From NCBI GenBank assembly GCA_963789395.1, contig CAWBKP010000004.1, positions 74,503 through 138,502 on the forward strand: a stretch of 64,000 nt of DNA, read 5' to 3'. The notes beneath the pieces are model-generated. The model was given only the letters and a program-made list of their open reading frames with translations, was not told the DNA's origin and made no database searches. The stretch is from an uncultured delta proteobacterium (GTDB taxonomy: Bacteria > Desulfobacterota > Desulfobacteria > Desulfobacterales > Desulfatirhabdiaceae). The position numbers were made by a program, and so were the translations under genes. This document shows, piece after piece, positions 24,580 through 35,299 of the stretch; position 1 is the first letter of the stretch; each line of letters begins with the position of its first letter.

Positions 24580-25383
24580 AAAATCAATTTGAGCGTCAGA
24601 TGATTGAGACCCCGATAATTTCGGATTTTTTCACTGTCCAGGGTCTGCAAAAACAGACGGGTCAAAGCTACAGCGACTTCGGGAACGTTGTCATAAAGGA
24701 GCTGATGGACAACTCGCTTGATGCGAGTGAATACGCAGGGGTAAATCCAGACGTGACTGTCATCAAGGGAAGCGGACCAGACAACTGCCTGCTTGTTTCG
24801 GTAACTGATAACGGCACCGGTATCGATCCGGATACGATAAGCAAAATCCTGAATTACGATACCCGGACTTCGGATAAAGCTGTTTATCGGACTTGCTCCC
24901 GAGGCGCACAGGGAAACGCATTAAAAACCATTGTTGGCATACCATGCGCATTGAAGATGAACGACCCGATTACAATCGAGTCAAAAGGTTTGAGGCATAG
25001 CATCAAAGCCACCATCAACCCTGCTGGACGCCTTCATCGAATCAAAGCTGATTGAGAATGGTGCTGATATCAAGGTGATTCCATCTGTGAATAAATTTCC
25101 CCGCCTGGTAGATAGCATAATAAATAACATTGTTCAGGATAGGGTTGAATCAATTGTTTCTTCGTTACTAGATATTGATGGTATCACGAACAGAATCAAA
25201 AGCGAACTTGCTATTGGGGTGGATCGGGAGGCTGTAATCGATTCACTGAACAAGCAAAAAGACTTATCATGGGATAGTGCGATAGAGCAAAAAGTTATTT
25301 TTCAGATGGATGCGCTTAAGACAATTCCTGGTATCATCAGAAATGAGGTGATTCATGCAATGGCAACGATCACCCGGAAATAG
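24576..25383 (+). pseudogene. Internally deleted topoisomerase VI-like (GHKL ATPase) gene
   Basis: IKELMDNSLDA, DNGTGI and SRGAQGNALK, then an abrupt end near 25050; the downstream ORF looks like a C-terminal remnant. Confidence 0.55.
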
Positions 25384-25491
25384 ATTGAGGCAGAGCAAGG
25401 TGTTTGATCAGCTCAACAATCCAATGTTGAGCTGATGAAGGCGATTGTCGCATTTTTCACGAATAACCATAAAAAAATAAAGGAAATTTCA

Positions 25492-26298
25492 ATGCCACCT
25501 GCACCAAAACACAACTGGAGTTATTTGTATGAAGTCTACCAAAAACTTCTCGAAGAAAAACCCGGTATGTCCAGTTCCGAGTTCGCAAGACAGAACGGTG
25601 TCGCTGAGGAAGCCTGTAGGAAAGCGTTTAAACGTATTGAGACTAAGCGAGCAAAACGGACTATCCGGACACAAACCGGACGGACAAACAGACCGAAGCG
25701 CCCCGGTATTTTTGATGACATTACCCCGGAAGAAACTGTTGAAGTCGTTCAACAGGTTTGCTCGGCCCGTGTTGTTGCGGTTCATGCAAAAATTCTTGCG
25801 ATACTTTGTACTGAGCTTAACCACGTTGAAGAACTACAAAAAACACGGTCTGAAAAGGAAGAAGACGGAAAATACAAGATTAAGATCGAAACCACAAAAG
25901 AAATTAAAGATTCCATCCAGACAAGCAACGAGATTGTCAAGGCGTGCCGAGAACTCATGCCGTTTATTATGGAGCTTAAAGACCGAACTGGCTTGGAGGA
26001 TATCCTTTCAAGACTCCAGGGCCGGGAATATGACGTGACGCAGGCCGCGCTTGAGATATCGAAGATGGGGGCCAGTCTGCCAGAGGCGTTAAAGATCATG
26101 TTGTCAAAGACGCCGCCTGTCGTGATTGCAAACAACTTTGAGATGCCGGACATGAATGAGTTGGACCAGAGGGCGCTTGAAACATTGCAGCAGGTTCAGT
26201 GGCAATACGAGCGTTTTTTGCCCGAACGCCGGGAAGAAGTGATCCAGATGAAAAAAAAGATGCAGCGCGCGGAGTCGTTCGCGCCGGAAGGAGAATAG
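25492..26298 (+). CDS. Phage-type protein with N-terminal HTH (terminase small subunit-like, uncertain)
   Basis: MSSSEFARQNGVAEEACRKAF HTH followed by a helical body. Confidence 0.4.
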   Translation: MPPAPKHNWSYLYEVYQKLLEEKPGMSSSEFARQNGVAEEACRKAFKRIETKRAKRTIRTQTGRTNRPKRPGIFDDITPEETVEVVQQVCSARVVAVHAKILAILCTELNHVEELQKTRSEKEEDGKYKIKIETTKEIKDSIQTSNEIVKACRELMPFIMELKDRTGLEDILSRLQGREYDVTQAALEISKMGASLPEALKIMLSKTPPVVIANNFEMPDMNELDQRALETLQQVQWQYERFLPERREEVIQMKKKMQRAESFAPEGE

Positions 26299-26528
26299 CG
26301 ATGAAAAATCAATCGTCAGTGACTATCATGGAGAAGCCGGCACATTAAATGTTGCCGATGAAATCGTCATGCTTGAAGCGATCCGGATGCCATTGATCTT
26401 GTTCTTTTTAAGGCTATTCTGGGGAATCCTGAAACCGTTGTCGAGACTGATGACGTTGTGGGATCCAACGAGTGATGAGCGTCAATTATAATTCCCGTAT
26501 TTAAAATCTTACCGAACACACCTTTTTA

Positions 26529-27725
26529 TTAATCATCTCTCCAGGCAATTTCGGCCTTCACATTGTCGATCAAGAAGCGCACTCCCTGATTATCGGACGG
26601 GTTGAGCCATAGCATTCGATCAAAGATCTGTTCTGCTTCCTTGTATCGATCGAGACGCCATAGGCAGAGGCCATATCCATGCATGCAGCGAAGAAATGGC
26701 CTGTTATCAATGAATCCCCATTCAAGCAATCCGTCGAAGTCAGTCCCCAGTGACAGCTCGCCGATACGAAAGCCTACTTCATAATGGCGAATTGCCATCT
26801 CGGGATGCTTTTCGAAATATAAATTGCCAAGGTGCGAATGAGCGTCCAGACAGCGAAGATCGGCACGGCAGAGTCCCATCAGAATCTCGTAAGCGGCGTC
26901 AATATCGCCTGAAGCTTTAAGTTCATTTGATTCGCTTATGGGGTCAGAATCGAAATCATCTGGGTCAACCCCAGGAAGAATTTGTTCCATCTCGAATTCC
27001 TGACGAGGACCCTTGGCGATAATCGGCTTTGCCCATTCATCGATAGGATCGCTTTCTTCACCCCAGTAATGCTCTGTCGGATCCCAAGTACCAAAATTCT
27101 TTAGCTTGAGAGGGACGAGATGAAGCGCCGAAACATCAAGGCGTACTGACTCGATTTCACCTGAAAGATACGGGTGACCGGCATAGCGCCACCACTTTCG
27201 AGGCTTGACAACCATGATCTCACCGGGAGTAGCATCCCAAATGTCTTTTGCCCGGAACGTTACGACACGATCATTTGCCAATATCCGGCAGCGCGCGGTC
27301 CTGCCTGTTGCCGAAAGCACAGCAAGTTCAACGGTATCACCCTCGTAGAGGTCAGCCCGCGTCTCTTTGTTCAGCGAGTTACGGGTGGCGGGGAATGGTT
27401 CTATACCCAGCCACTTGCGATAGCTGGCAATGAATCGGTTTCCAGCAGATCGACCGGATAACACAACATCTGAAGCTGCCACAATATATTCGGTGCCGTC
27501 CGTGCGCCGGCACTTTGCTGTCAACCCGCGCCGCTCGTTACCGTCGTAATCTATCCCTATCACCGTAACAGGTTCGCCTATGACGCTTCCTTGGCAAGGA
27601 AAGCCTACTTCGTCTTCAATGACCTGACAGAATGCCCGGAGTTGTTCATCATGAGAGTAGGTATCGACAGTGATTTCCTCAATCAGACGGTCCAGGGCAG
27701 CCAAGTCCTTATAGTAGTCATCCAT
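26529..27725 (-). CDS. CcbP-like N-terminal domain + TPR-repeat protein
   Basis: IEEITVDTYSHDEQ N-terminus; DAHSHLGN, NRPFLR and LNPSDNQGVR. Confidence 0.55.
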   Translation of the reverse strand: MDDYYKDLAALDRLIEEITVDTYSHDEQLRAFCQVIEDEVGFPCQGSVIGEPVTVIGIDYDGNERRGLTAKCRRTDGTEYIVAASDVVLSGRSAGNRFIASYRKWLGIEPFPATRNSLNKETRADLYEGDTVELAVLSATGRTARCRILANDRVVTFRAKDIWDATPGEIMVVKPRKWWRYAGHPYLSGEIESVRLDVSALHLVPLKLKNFGTWDPTEHYWGEESDPIDEWAKPIIAKGPRQEFEMEQILPGVDPDDFDSDPISESNELKASGDIDAAYEILMGLCRADLRCLDAHSHLGNLYFEKHPEMAIRHYEVGFRIGELSLGTDFDGLLEWGFIDNRPFLRCMHGYGLCLWRLDRYKEAEQIFDRMLWLNPSDNQGVRFLIDNVKAEIAWRDD

Positions 27726-27879
27726 TCGTCATCCTCCGCTGTCAACTCGGTGCTATTCTCAGGGAAAACCCAACCTGTTGTCAAACTGTTTCAAGAAAAA
27801 TTTCGATCATCCCCCTTTGGCTTCGTTTTTAAGAAATTTTACTCCAAATGGGCCTGGCAGCCTTTCTTGAAGAAGTTGG

Positions 27880-28120
27880 TCCATATATGATATCCGAAGG
27901 TCTTGCGCAGGGTGTGCGATCCGTAATTCCCTTTAAGGTTGATGGCAGCGCACCAGCCCTTCACCAATCTATTGATCGACGGGACCGTCAACCGGTCACC
28001 TTTCCTTGACCGGAACAGCGGGTCATTGTCATCCAGGTCCGCAGCTGTCTGCAGCTTCTGAATTGCATTGACCACGGCGGCGTTCAAGGTGATCCTCTGC
28101 TCCTTCGCAGTTTTCTGCAG
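27880..28120 (-). pseudogene. Internal fragment of a small tyrosine recombinase (homolog of 58128..58712)
   Basis: RLTVPSINRLVKGWCAAINLKGNYGSHTLRKTFGYH; lacks the first catalytic Arg and the Tyr. Confidence 0.85.
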
Positions 28121-28230
28121 GGCCAATACCCGACTATCTCCGTTCTTCGGTGTCCGGGCTTAAAACAGGCTTGAAAAGTACCTCTTTATATTATATAATA
28201 ATATTAAATGATGTATAAGGAGGTTGTATT

Positions 28231-28473
28231 ATGCAAAAAAACACAAGCGTTACACTCGGCGTACATTATGAAAAATTTATTGCCCAACAGGTAGCCCAAG
28301 GCCATTTTGGCACTGTTAGCGAAGCTATAAGGGCTGGCTTGCGGCTTTTGGAGGAACGAGAAATCAAACTGGCAGCCTTGCGACGCGCTCTTGTGGAAGG
28401 CGAAGAAAGCGGAACCGCTGAATATTCACTTCATGGCTTGATTAGTTCGTTTGATCGCGAAGGAGTTGCTTGA
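28231..28473 (+). CDS. parD: ParD-family antitoxin
   Basis: NTSVTLG..SEAIRAGLRLLEE..EGEESG. Confidence 0.88.
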   Translation: MQKNTSVTLGVHYEKFIAQQVAQGHFGTVSEAIRAGLRLLEEREIKLAALRRALVEGEESGTAEYSLHGLISSFDREGVA

Positions 28474-28775
28474 TGCCTTCTTTCACCCTTACCAAAAGGG
28501 CGCTTATCGATTTGGTGGAAATCGGAACTTACACACAAAAACATTGGGGGTGTGAACAGCGCAACAATTACCTGACCATGCTTGACGGTTGCTTTCAGCA
28601 ATTAGCCGCCGATCCCCTTATGGGAAAAAATTGCAGTGAGATTCGGGAAGGCTACCGAAAAATGAGCGCCGGCAGCCATGTGATTTTTTACCGGCAAAAG
28701 CACAGCGGCAAGGTCGAGATAGTCCGTATTCTGCACGGACGCATGGATATTGATAGCAAATTTGCTACTTTGTAG
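28470..28775 (+). CDS. parE: ParE-family toxin
   Basis: LTKRALIDL..YTQKHWG..HVIFY..EIVRILHGRMD; overlaps parD. Confidence 0.88.
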   Translation: MMPSFTLTKRALIDLVEIGTYTQKHWGCEQRNNYLTMLDGCFQQLAADPLMGKNCSEIREGYRKMSAGSHVIFYRQKHSGKVEIVRILHGRMDIDSKFATL

Positions 28776-29303
28776 GACCTCATCAATTTGTCCGATAACA
28801 AGAATACACTTTTTTCCCTGAATGGATAAATATACTGTGCCACGCCTTTAAAGGGGATAACACGAATGCCTGTGATAAGCCGTTTTATGACATATAATAT
28901 CTATTGTGGAAAGCCCGCTACGGTTCCGGATTAGAAAAATATTTGTATTGGAGAACTTTCTGCCACGGGTATAAGATAAGATAGCACCACACAATTTCAA
29001 AGCACATAAGCCCTGTTTGGTTCATTCCAGACAGGGCTTTTTTGTGCACTCCCCAGAAAGGGTTATCTGTTTACCAGAACATTGTCATTCATCCCCGACC
29101 CTGCCTATGTTCTGTCCAAGTTCTGCTAAGGCCAAAATTAATTGAGAAGATTGGTACTGAATTTATTGGTTATACATGACAACGAAAAGGTGCGTTGCCT
29201 GCCTGAGAAATAAGACAGGCAACGAATATGAGTAAACTGCTAAATATTTTGCCCCAAAAGAGGGGCAAAAGGGCATGATTTATAGCCTAACTTTATCGAA
29301 AAT

Positions 29304-31067
29304 CTATCTTGATTTTGGTGGTAACTTTATATTTCCCCTATCGTGGGGGAACGGGTTATTGTGGGGCACCGGCTTATCGCGGGGCACTCTCATATCGTGG
29401 GGCACAGTCACAGTTACATCCTGATTCGATGTGTTGCCGGAAGCATCCATGCAGGTGATGGTTATCGTATAAATACGGCCAGTTCCGTTTCCCAATCTAT
29501 CAGCCCGCAATTTAACATGATGAGCGTCCACAATGGAATAATCCGAACTGTTAATGGGTTCGTTGCTGGTTATACTGCTAATATGACAAACAACTGCTTC
29601 ATTGCTGTTATCAGTGGCATTGTAATTAATGGCAACGTTAACCATTTTTTTGTTTACAGGCCAGATTATTGAGGGGTTTGCTGATGCATTTGTTATCGTT
29701 GGTGGGACAGTATCATCCACGTAAACGTCATCAACATCAACAAGCATATAACCGGATTGGTTGGAAGTGGCATTTACACGTGATTGCAGCGAACGAAGGG
29801 GGCCGTTTGACCAAGGTGCATAAGCATCCGTCAAAATATCGTAGGTTTTCTGCTCACCGTTGCAAGAAAAAACTATTTGTTTCTGAATCGGATCAAAGGT
29901 CAGCCCCAGAATAACTGGAATATCGAATTTAATTTCAGTTGTAAATTTGCTGTCGATGAGTATTTCCCAAGTGCCATAGTTTGCATCTTTTGCTCTTTCA
30001 GCATAGTACTTGGCAAACAAACCGCTATCGTCCATCCTTATTGACACCATCGCCCAGACATTGCCCTCCCAACCATTGTATGCCTTTCCGCTGCCTGGCC
30101 CATAAGTATCATTATACATGTAACCGACGTTACGGGTTTGTCCAATTGCTTCTGCTGAAAGATTGCTGCCGGTTTTAACAGTAAAGGCGGCCTCAACATG
30201 CTGGGCCTGATTCGCTGCCAGGGATATCGAATTGGTTGTTTTGGATACCTGACCCGCATTATGGACGGATAGGTCTAGCTTATTATTATCAATTTTTCGA
30301 ACTATTTCTGAAGTCGCCCATTTGCTGCCATCCAGCGGCTCATTATCAAAACTGTCATAGTCTACGTTATTAACTTTGACGTTATCAAAAGTGGCAGAAA
30401 TAAACTTTCGATCACAATTATTTTGACATCCAGTACCTACAGCCAATCTCGCCCAGTTAACCGATGCACCTCCAGTACGAACTGGCCCTGAAAATTTTAT
30501 CTCTGTGCTGTCCACACTACAAGTAAACTGATTAGTAGAAGAATCATAAGCTATCTTGGTTTTATATGACGTGTTAATATTCAGAGCGACTGGAATAGGG
30601 CCAGAAATACCAGGATTCACGCCAGCCTGCAAATAATACCACGACACAATTTGGCCAGGTTGGGGACCTTTACCAACATTGAGTATGACAAACACTGTTC
30701 CAGCGGAGCTATCATAAAAGGTGCCCGAAATTACCGCAGAGGCAAAACCATCTTCAACCAATGATCCATCTTTTATTGTAATATCTGCTTCAATAGAGTT
30801 GATGCCTGCTGGATTTTTGAAATCACAGTTATTCCAACCGTTACCATTATTGCTTGCATAATATAACGACAATTCTCCGTTTTCCACCTTAACTACCTGC
30901 TCCAGTGGAGACCATTTGGCAGGATCTATAAACTGTCCCGAAAAATCATCATACAGCACATTCTCAGCAGCTATGCCAACACCTCCCAATATCACCGCCC
31001 ATACACAAAAAAGAATGACAACCATTTGAATATGCAAACCCTTTTTGTTTCGTTTTAAAATTTTCAT
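29304..31067 (-). CDS. Secreted beta-rich protein with internally duplicated domain and Ig/HYR-like C-terminus
   Basis: Signal peptide; YDDF..KW repeated as YDSF..KW; GRIYTITITCMDASGN. Confidence 0.6.
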   Translation of the reverse strand: MKILKRNKKGLHIQMVVILFCVWAVILGGVGIAAENVLYDDFSGQFIDPAKWSPLEQVVKVENGELSLYYASNNGNGWNNCDFKNPAGINSIEADITIKDGSLVEDGFASAVISGTFYDSSAGTVFVILNVGKGPQPGQIVSWYYLQAGVNPGISGPIPVALNINTSYKTKIAYDSSTNQFTCSVDSTEIKFSGPVRTGGASVNWARLAVGTGCQNNCDRKFISATFDNVKVNNVDYDSFDNEPLDGSKWATSEIVRKIDNNKLDLSVHNAGQVSKTTNSISLAANQAQHVEAAFTVKTGSNLSAEAIGQTRNVGYMYNDTYGPGSGKAYNGWEGNVWAMVSIRMDDSGLFAKYYAERAKDANYGTWEILIDSKFTTEIKFDIPVILGLTFDPIQKQIVFSCNGEQKTYDILTDAYAPWSNGPLRSLQSRVNATSNQSGYMLVDVDDVYVDDTVPPTITNASANPSIIWPVNKKMVNVAINYNATDNSNEAVVCHISSITSNEPINSSDYSIVDAHHVKLRADRLGNGTGRIYTITITCMDASGNTSNQDVTVTVPHDMRVPRDKPVPHNNPFPHDRGNIKLPPKSR

Positions 31068-31514
31068 TAAAACTTCCTTTCATGACAGATAATTGTGAAT
31101 GATTAATAATCCATGGCAATACAGAAGCCAGATCAGCTTTCGTCACTTTATCCCTTACCATCATTCAGGACATGGCTGAATCCGGCACATCCAGCTTGTT
31201 GTAACGCATCGAATTGATTATACAGTTGGACACCTACCCATCTACAGATATTATTTTATACGAGAGTAGAGTTTAATCTCATTTTAAATAAGAAACACTA
31301 AAAATATTTACATATATATTTAAGTATTTTAAAAGGGTGATTGTTTGATCAGCAACTCTTCTATTTATTGTTTTTCAGTATTTTGTCGCTGTAGCAAGGC
31401 ATTTTCGGGCCCAAAAAAAGACAATAAGTCTATTATAAAAAGTGTTTCACTCCATACTGCGGTATAAAGATAAAAACAATGAGTATTTTCATAATTCATT
31501 AGTGGGTAAATTTG

Positions 31515-31886
31515 CTACCCATCGAGGAGCTTTTTGTCGCCGCTCACAATAGCTTCCACCCCTGCGGCAACGGCACAGGAAAGAAAAATGTCATCACCCG
31601 GATCCCGACAGGTGCCCAGGATAACTTCGCAAGTCTCTACAACGTCAAAATATGGCAACACCTCGTCTTCGATGAGTACCCTGATTTCCGACTCCGAGAG
31701 TGCAAATCGTGGATAGGCGAGCACCCTTCTGAATTCCTCAAAAGTAGCCCGGGAGAATACCGGCACGACGTCGCCGCTTTTCCACTTGACGACAAGGCGA
31801 TTTAGCCTGCCGCCAAACAGGAGCGCCGAGACAAGCACGTTTGTGTCCAGAACAATGCGGATCACTTGGGGTTCTGTCTTGACCAC
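31515..31886 (-). CDS. PIN-domain toxin (TIGR00305-like), possibly 3'-truncated
   Basis: IVLDTNVLVSA, CRDPGDD and IVSGDK. Confidence 0.8.
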   Translation of the reverse strand: MVKTEPQVIRIVLDTNVLVSALLFGGRLNRLVVKWKSGDVVPVFSRATFEEFRRVLAYPRFALSESEIRVLIEDEVLPYFDVVETCEVILGTCRDPGDDIFLSCAVAAGVEAIVSGDKKLLDG

Positions 31887-32101
31887 CGAATGGCCTCCAC
31901 CAAGTCCTCCTCGACAACGCCAAGCTTTTCCATCTTTTTACGGATCCCCGCCAGATCAGTGGCGATGGGCCGAATTCGAACAGGTTCGAGAATGATCCGG
32001 CCATCTTGAACGACGGCATCGAAGTATTCTATCCCCTTGAATACCTTCACTACCTCTCGCGGCAGCGTGATCTGGTTTTTGGTCGTTAATTTTGCAAGCA
32101 T
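31862..32101 (-). CDS. AbrB/MazE-type antitoxin
   Basis: MLAKLTTKNQITLP; overlaps the PIN gene. Confidence 0.8.
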   Translation of the reverse strand: MLAKLTTKNQITLPREVVKVFKGIEYFDAVVQDGRIILEPVRIRPIATDLAGIRKKMEKLGVVEEDLVEAIRWSRQNPK

Positions 32102-32277
32102 TCCTTTTCTCCTTACAATAAGAATATCGTTTTTCATTATTGCGTCAAGAATAAAATCTTCATTTATCTGCCCCGCCCTCCGCAGCCTCCCGCCCTCAGT
32201 CTTTTTTTTCTTGACCGCTCAGAATCAAATGTTTAAACTACGTATATACATAAAGCTGCTGGTGTGAGGAGGATTCT

Positions 32278-32529
32278 ATGACCGAAGCCGTGTTGGATAT
32301 CAAAAAGTGGGGAAATAGCCTGGGTGTTCGCCTGCCTTCGGCAGTGGCTCGCGCTGCACATTTGCATGTCGATCAACGTGTGCGCATTTCAGTGGAAGAC
32401 AGGATCATCGTGATTCGGCCCTTGGACAACGAGGAGCTTACCCTGGACCAACGCCTTGCCCGGTTTGACCCGGCCCGGCATGGCGGCGAGATCATGCAGG
32501 GTCAGTCTGTTGGGGCTGAGCTGTGGTAA
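32278..32529 (+). CDS. mazE: MazE-type antitoxin
   Basis: IKKWGNSLGVRLP. Confidence 0.85.
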   Translation: MTEAVLDIKKWGNSLGVRLPSAVARAAHLHVDQRVRISVEDRIIVIRPLDNEELTLDQRLARFDPARHGGEIMQGQSVGAELW

Positions 32530-32921
32530 TGACGCGAAAAAACACCGCTGCCACCCCCCCGTGGGCGCCGGATCGACAGGATGTCATCTGGATCGATTGC
32601 AACCCCCAGACAGGACTGGAAATGCGAGACGTGCACCCTTTTCTGGTGCTTTCTCCGAGAAACTTCAACACCACCACGTCACTGGTTATCGGCTTGCCCA
32701 TGACCACGGCGGAATATAATGCCGACAACCCATTTGCCGTTGCTGTCGGGCAGGCCAAAGGTCGGAGTAAGGCAGGAAAAATCAGCTACGTGCTTTGCCA
32801 CCAGCCAAAATCTTTCGACTGGCGAGTGCGCGGCGCACGGCCGCATCCGCTCAAAAGATTGCCGGATGTTCGCTTTGCTGATGTATGCCGTCGCCTGAAT
32901 CAGATCATCCAGCTGGGGTAG
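32523..32921 (+). CDS. mazF: MazF/PemK toxin
   Basis: DVIWIDCNPQTGLEM..HPFLVLSP..PMTT..QPKSFDW. Confidence 0.85.
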   Translation: MVMTRKNTAATPPWAPDRQDVIWIDCNPQTGLEMRDVHPFLVLSPRNFNTTTSLVIGLPMTTAEYNADNPFAVAVGQAKGRSKAGKISYVLCHQPKSFDWRVRGARPHPLKRLPDVRFADVCRRLNQIIQLG

Positions 32922-33009
32922 TTCCCTCCCGCCCTCACGCCTTCACCCCCTCCCGCTCTCCCGCCCTCACACCTCTTGCCCATTATCCCGGTATCTGATA
33001 CAAGACAAA

Positions 33010-33426
33010 GGTGTGATTGCTCAAAAACTTCAACACCTCGACACCGTACTAACCGAGCTGCGATCACTGGGATGCCTGACGGTTCAGGATCTGGAAATGG
33101 ACTGGCGCACCAAAAGGGCTGTGGAGCGAAGCCTGCAAATCCTGGTGGAAATTGTGATTGACGTTTGCCAAAGAATTCTTTCACGGTTGTGACAAACGCC
33201 GGCAACAACCGGCAGGGATGCAATGGATCGGATTATCGCATTGGGGATTCTGGGACAACTGGATGCTTATTCAAAAATGGTTCAATTTCGAAATTTTGTT
33301 GTGCACCGGTATGAACAGGTGGATAATGAGATCCTTGCGGATATGGTGAATCGCCGGTTGGTGGACTTCGAGTCTTTTCGCAATGAAATTCTTGCATATC
33401 TCAAACGGACACGCCATGAAGATTGA
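33010..33426 (+). pseudogene. HepT/DUF86 RNase toxin with lost start codon and in-frame TGA
   Basis: Near-copy of 49046..49471 lacking the ATG; TGA near 33190 where the other copy has GGG; RNFVVH motif. Confidence 0.75.
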
Positions 33427-33787
33427 TTGGCAACCCATAACGGTTTGTATGTCCCGGAACAGCAATGTGGTGGCGGCCTGGATTTTTGGTTCGGCTCAGG
33501 GCGGAACCGTCCGTTCCGGAGGAGACATCGATATCGGGGTGTTTTTTTGCAGGAAACCTTCTCTGGACGAATTGGCCGGTCTCCGGAGCTGCCTGCAACA
33601 GGTATTGGCATTTGAAGAAATCGATCTGGTTGTGCTGAATGATGCATCCCCCATCTTGCGCTTTGAGGCTGCCTCCGGCCGGCCGGTATATGTGAATGAT
33701 TTGGAAAGCCGGGCTGCTTTTGTCTCGCTGACAGCACGCGAATATGAAGATGAAATGGCACAATGGCGCATGGCCCTATCGGCATGA
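33416..33787 (+). CDS. MntA-type minimal nucleotidyltransferase antitoxin
   Basis: IFGSAQ..GDIDIGV..IDLVVLN. Confidence 0.85.
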   Translation: MKIDWQPITVCMSRNSNVVAAWIFGSAQGGTVRSGGDIDIGVFFCRKPSLDELAGLRSCLQQVLAFEEIDLVVLNDASPILRFEAASGRPVYVNDLESRAAFVSLTAREYEDEMAQWRMALSA

Positions 33788-34079
33788 GAAAGTGGGCGGG
33801 CCTTTCAACGTTCGGGACGGCAATTGAAGCGTTCCTTGCCGGCATCTAAATCCCACACCCTTCGCCTTTTTTTGCCTATAGTCCCATTTTATCGCCCTCC
33901 GCCTCCGCCCCTGACCTATTTTCCCCCTTACGCCCTCACGCTCTCCCGTCTTCACGCCTTTACCCCTCCCGCCCTCCCGCCCTTTTCTACCCTATTGCCT
34001 GTTATCCCGATATCTGTTACAAAATAAATGAATCCGGAATATGGCGGGAAAAAGTTTTTATAAAAGGAAACACCGATTT

Positions 34080-34319
34080 ATGTTTGAAAAACCGTTATTT
34101 ATACGTGTTGAATGGGACGAGGAATCGAAGGTCTGGGTAGCGACCAGTGACGATGTTGCAGGGTTGGCAACGGAAGAAGATACAATTGAAAAATTAATTG
34201 AAAAATTAAAAATTCTAATTCCAGAGCTTTTGGTTGCCAATGGGATGTCCGGTGAATTTGAGGTACCTTTTGAAATACTGGCTCGCAGTTTTGAGATAGC
34301 CAGATGCGCAAAAATCTGA
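34080..34319 (+). CDS. DUF1902 (HicB-like) antitoxin
   Basis: EWDEESKVWVATSDDVAGLATE. Confidence 0.8.
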   Translation: MFEKPLFIRVEWDEESKVWVATSDDVAGLATEEDTIEKLIEKLKILIPELLVANGMSGEFEVPFEILARSFEIARCAKI

Positions 34320-34513
34320 TGTCGGACTTCTCCCCGCAACTGAAAAGATATTTAAAAGAAGCAGGATGCTATTTTGAGCGCCAGGGAAAAGGGGATCATG
34401 AGATTTGGTACAGCCCGTTGAGCTGTATACGATTTGTTGTAGACGATGCCATAAAGTCCCGACATACTGCCAATGCTGTGTTGAAACAAGCCGGGTTATC
34501 AAAAAAATTCTAA
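34319..34513 (+). CDS. hicA: HicA-family toxin
   Basis: RQGKGDHEIW..SRHTANAVLKQAGL. Confidence 0.85.
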   Translation: MSDFSPQLKRYLKEAGCYFERQGKGDHEIWYSPLSCIRFVVDDAIKSRHTANAVLKQAGLSKKF

Positions 34514-34710
34514 TACGTTTTTAGCTTGTTATGGATTAAAGTTGCCCCCGCCCTTTTTTGCTTTTCCCATCGCCTTTCGCCCCTCGGCTGCTGTTATCGC
34601 CCTTCCGCCCTCACGCCTTCACCCTCTCACGTTTATCTTGACACTTTTTTCAATTGGGGTAATAAATAAGAGTAGTCCGATCCCCCCTAAACACAGGTAA
34701 AGCATTGGCG

Positions 34711-35001
34711 ATGACTGAAAAAGATATATTGGACATCTTGCGGAAGGAAAAACGATACCTTCAGGAGAATTTTGGACTGCTGTCGATCGGATTGTTTGGC
34801 TCCTATTCCAAAGGCAAGCAGGGACCTGATAGTGATATCGACCTTCTTGTAGAATTGTCTGAACCACGCTTTGATTTTCTTGCAGGGATACAGATATACC
34901 TGGAAGACAGAATAGGGAAACGAGTCGAGGTTATCCGAAAGAGAAAAAATTTACGTGATCAATTTTTAAGCCGGATTGAAAAAAGCATACATTATGTTTG
35001 A
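34711..35001 (+). CDS. MNT nucleotidyltransferase antitoxin (HEPN partner truncated after a few codons)
   Basis: GLFGSYSKG..DSDIDLLVE. Confidence 0.85.
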   Translation: MTEKDILDILRKEKRYLQENFGLLSIGLFGSYSKGKQGPDSDIDLLVELSEPRFDFLAGIQIYLEDRIGKRVEVIRKRKNLRDQFLSRIEKSIHYV

Positions 35002-35299
35002 AGATGAATGAAGTGGTGCTGAAGATGCGCAATTCAATTTCGGAAAGCTCGAGATTAAAACCTTTTCCGTGAAAAAATCCTGGAATTTTCTTTATAGAAC
35101 GGAAAGATTTGCTTGAAGACGCTGAGACTGAGGCTATCATCGATATGAATCTCGCTTTAGCGATTGAAGCGGGAGATACGGGGGAATGCGGGGGTCCCCA
35201 AAAACTGGACAATGTGCGAAGCTCCGGGCCATAACCTGAAAAGGATGCTGTCTATGACAGCCTATAATTTTGGCGATGTTGTACTGATTGACTTTCATC

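Larger units (their letters stand above)
20336..26300 (+). mobile_element. Phage-satellite/prophage-like replication module at tRNA-Gln (right boundary uncertain)
   Basis: AT shift after the tRNA; AlpA-like HTH, primase-helicase, TubC-N-like and HTH genes, mostly overlapping or closely spaced. Confidence 0.65.

Noticed and set aside
28785..28910. dif/pdif XerCD sites flanking TA modules
   Set aside because: Only a half-site-like GTCCGATAA was seen, with no XerD arm and no recurrence at other boundaries.
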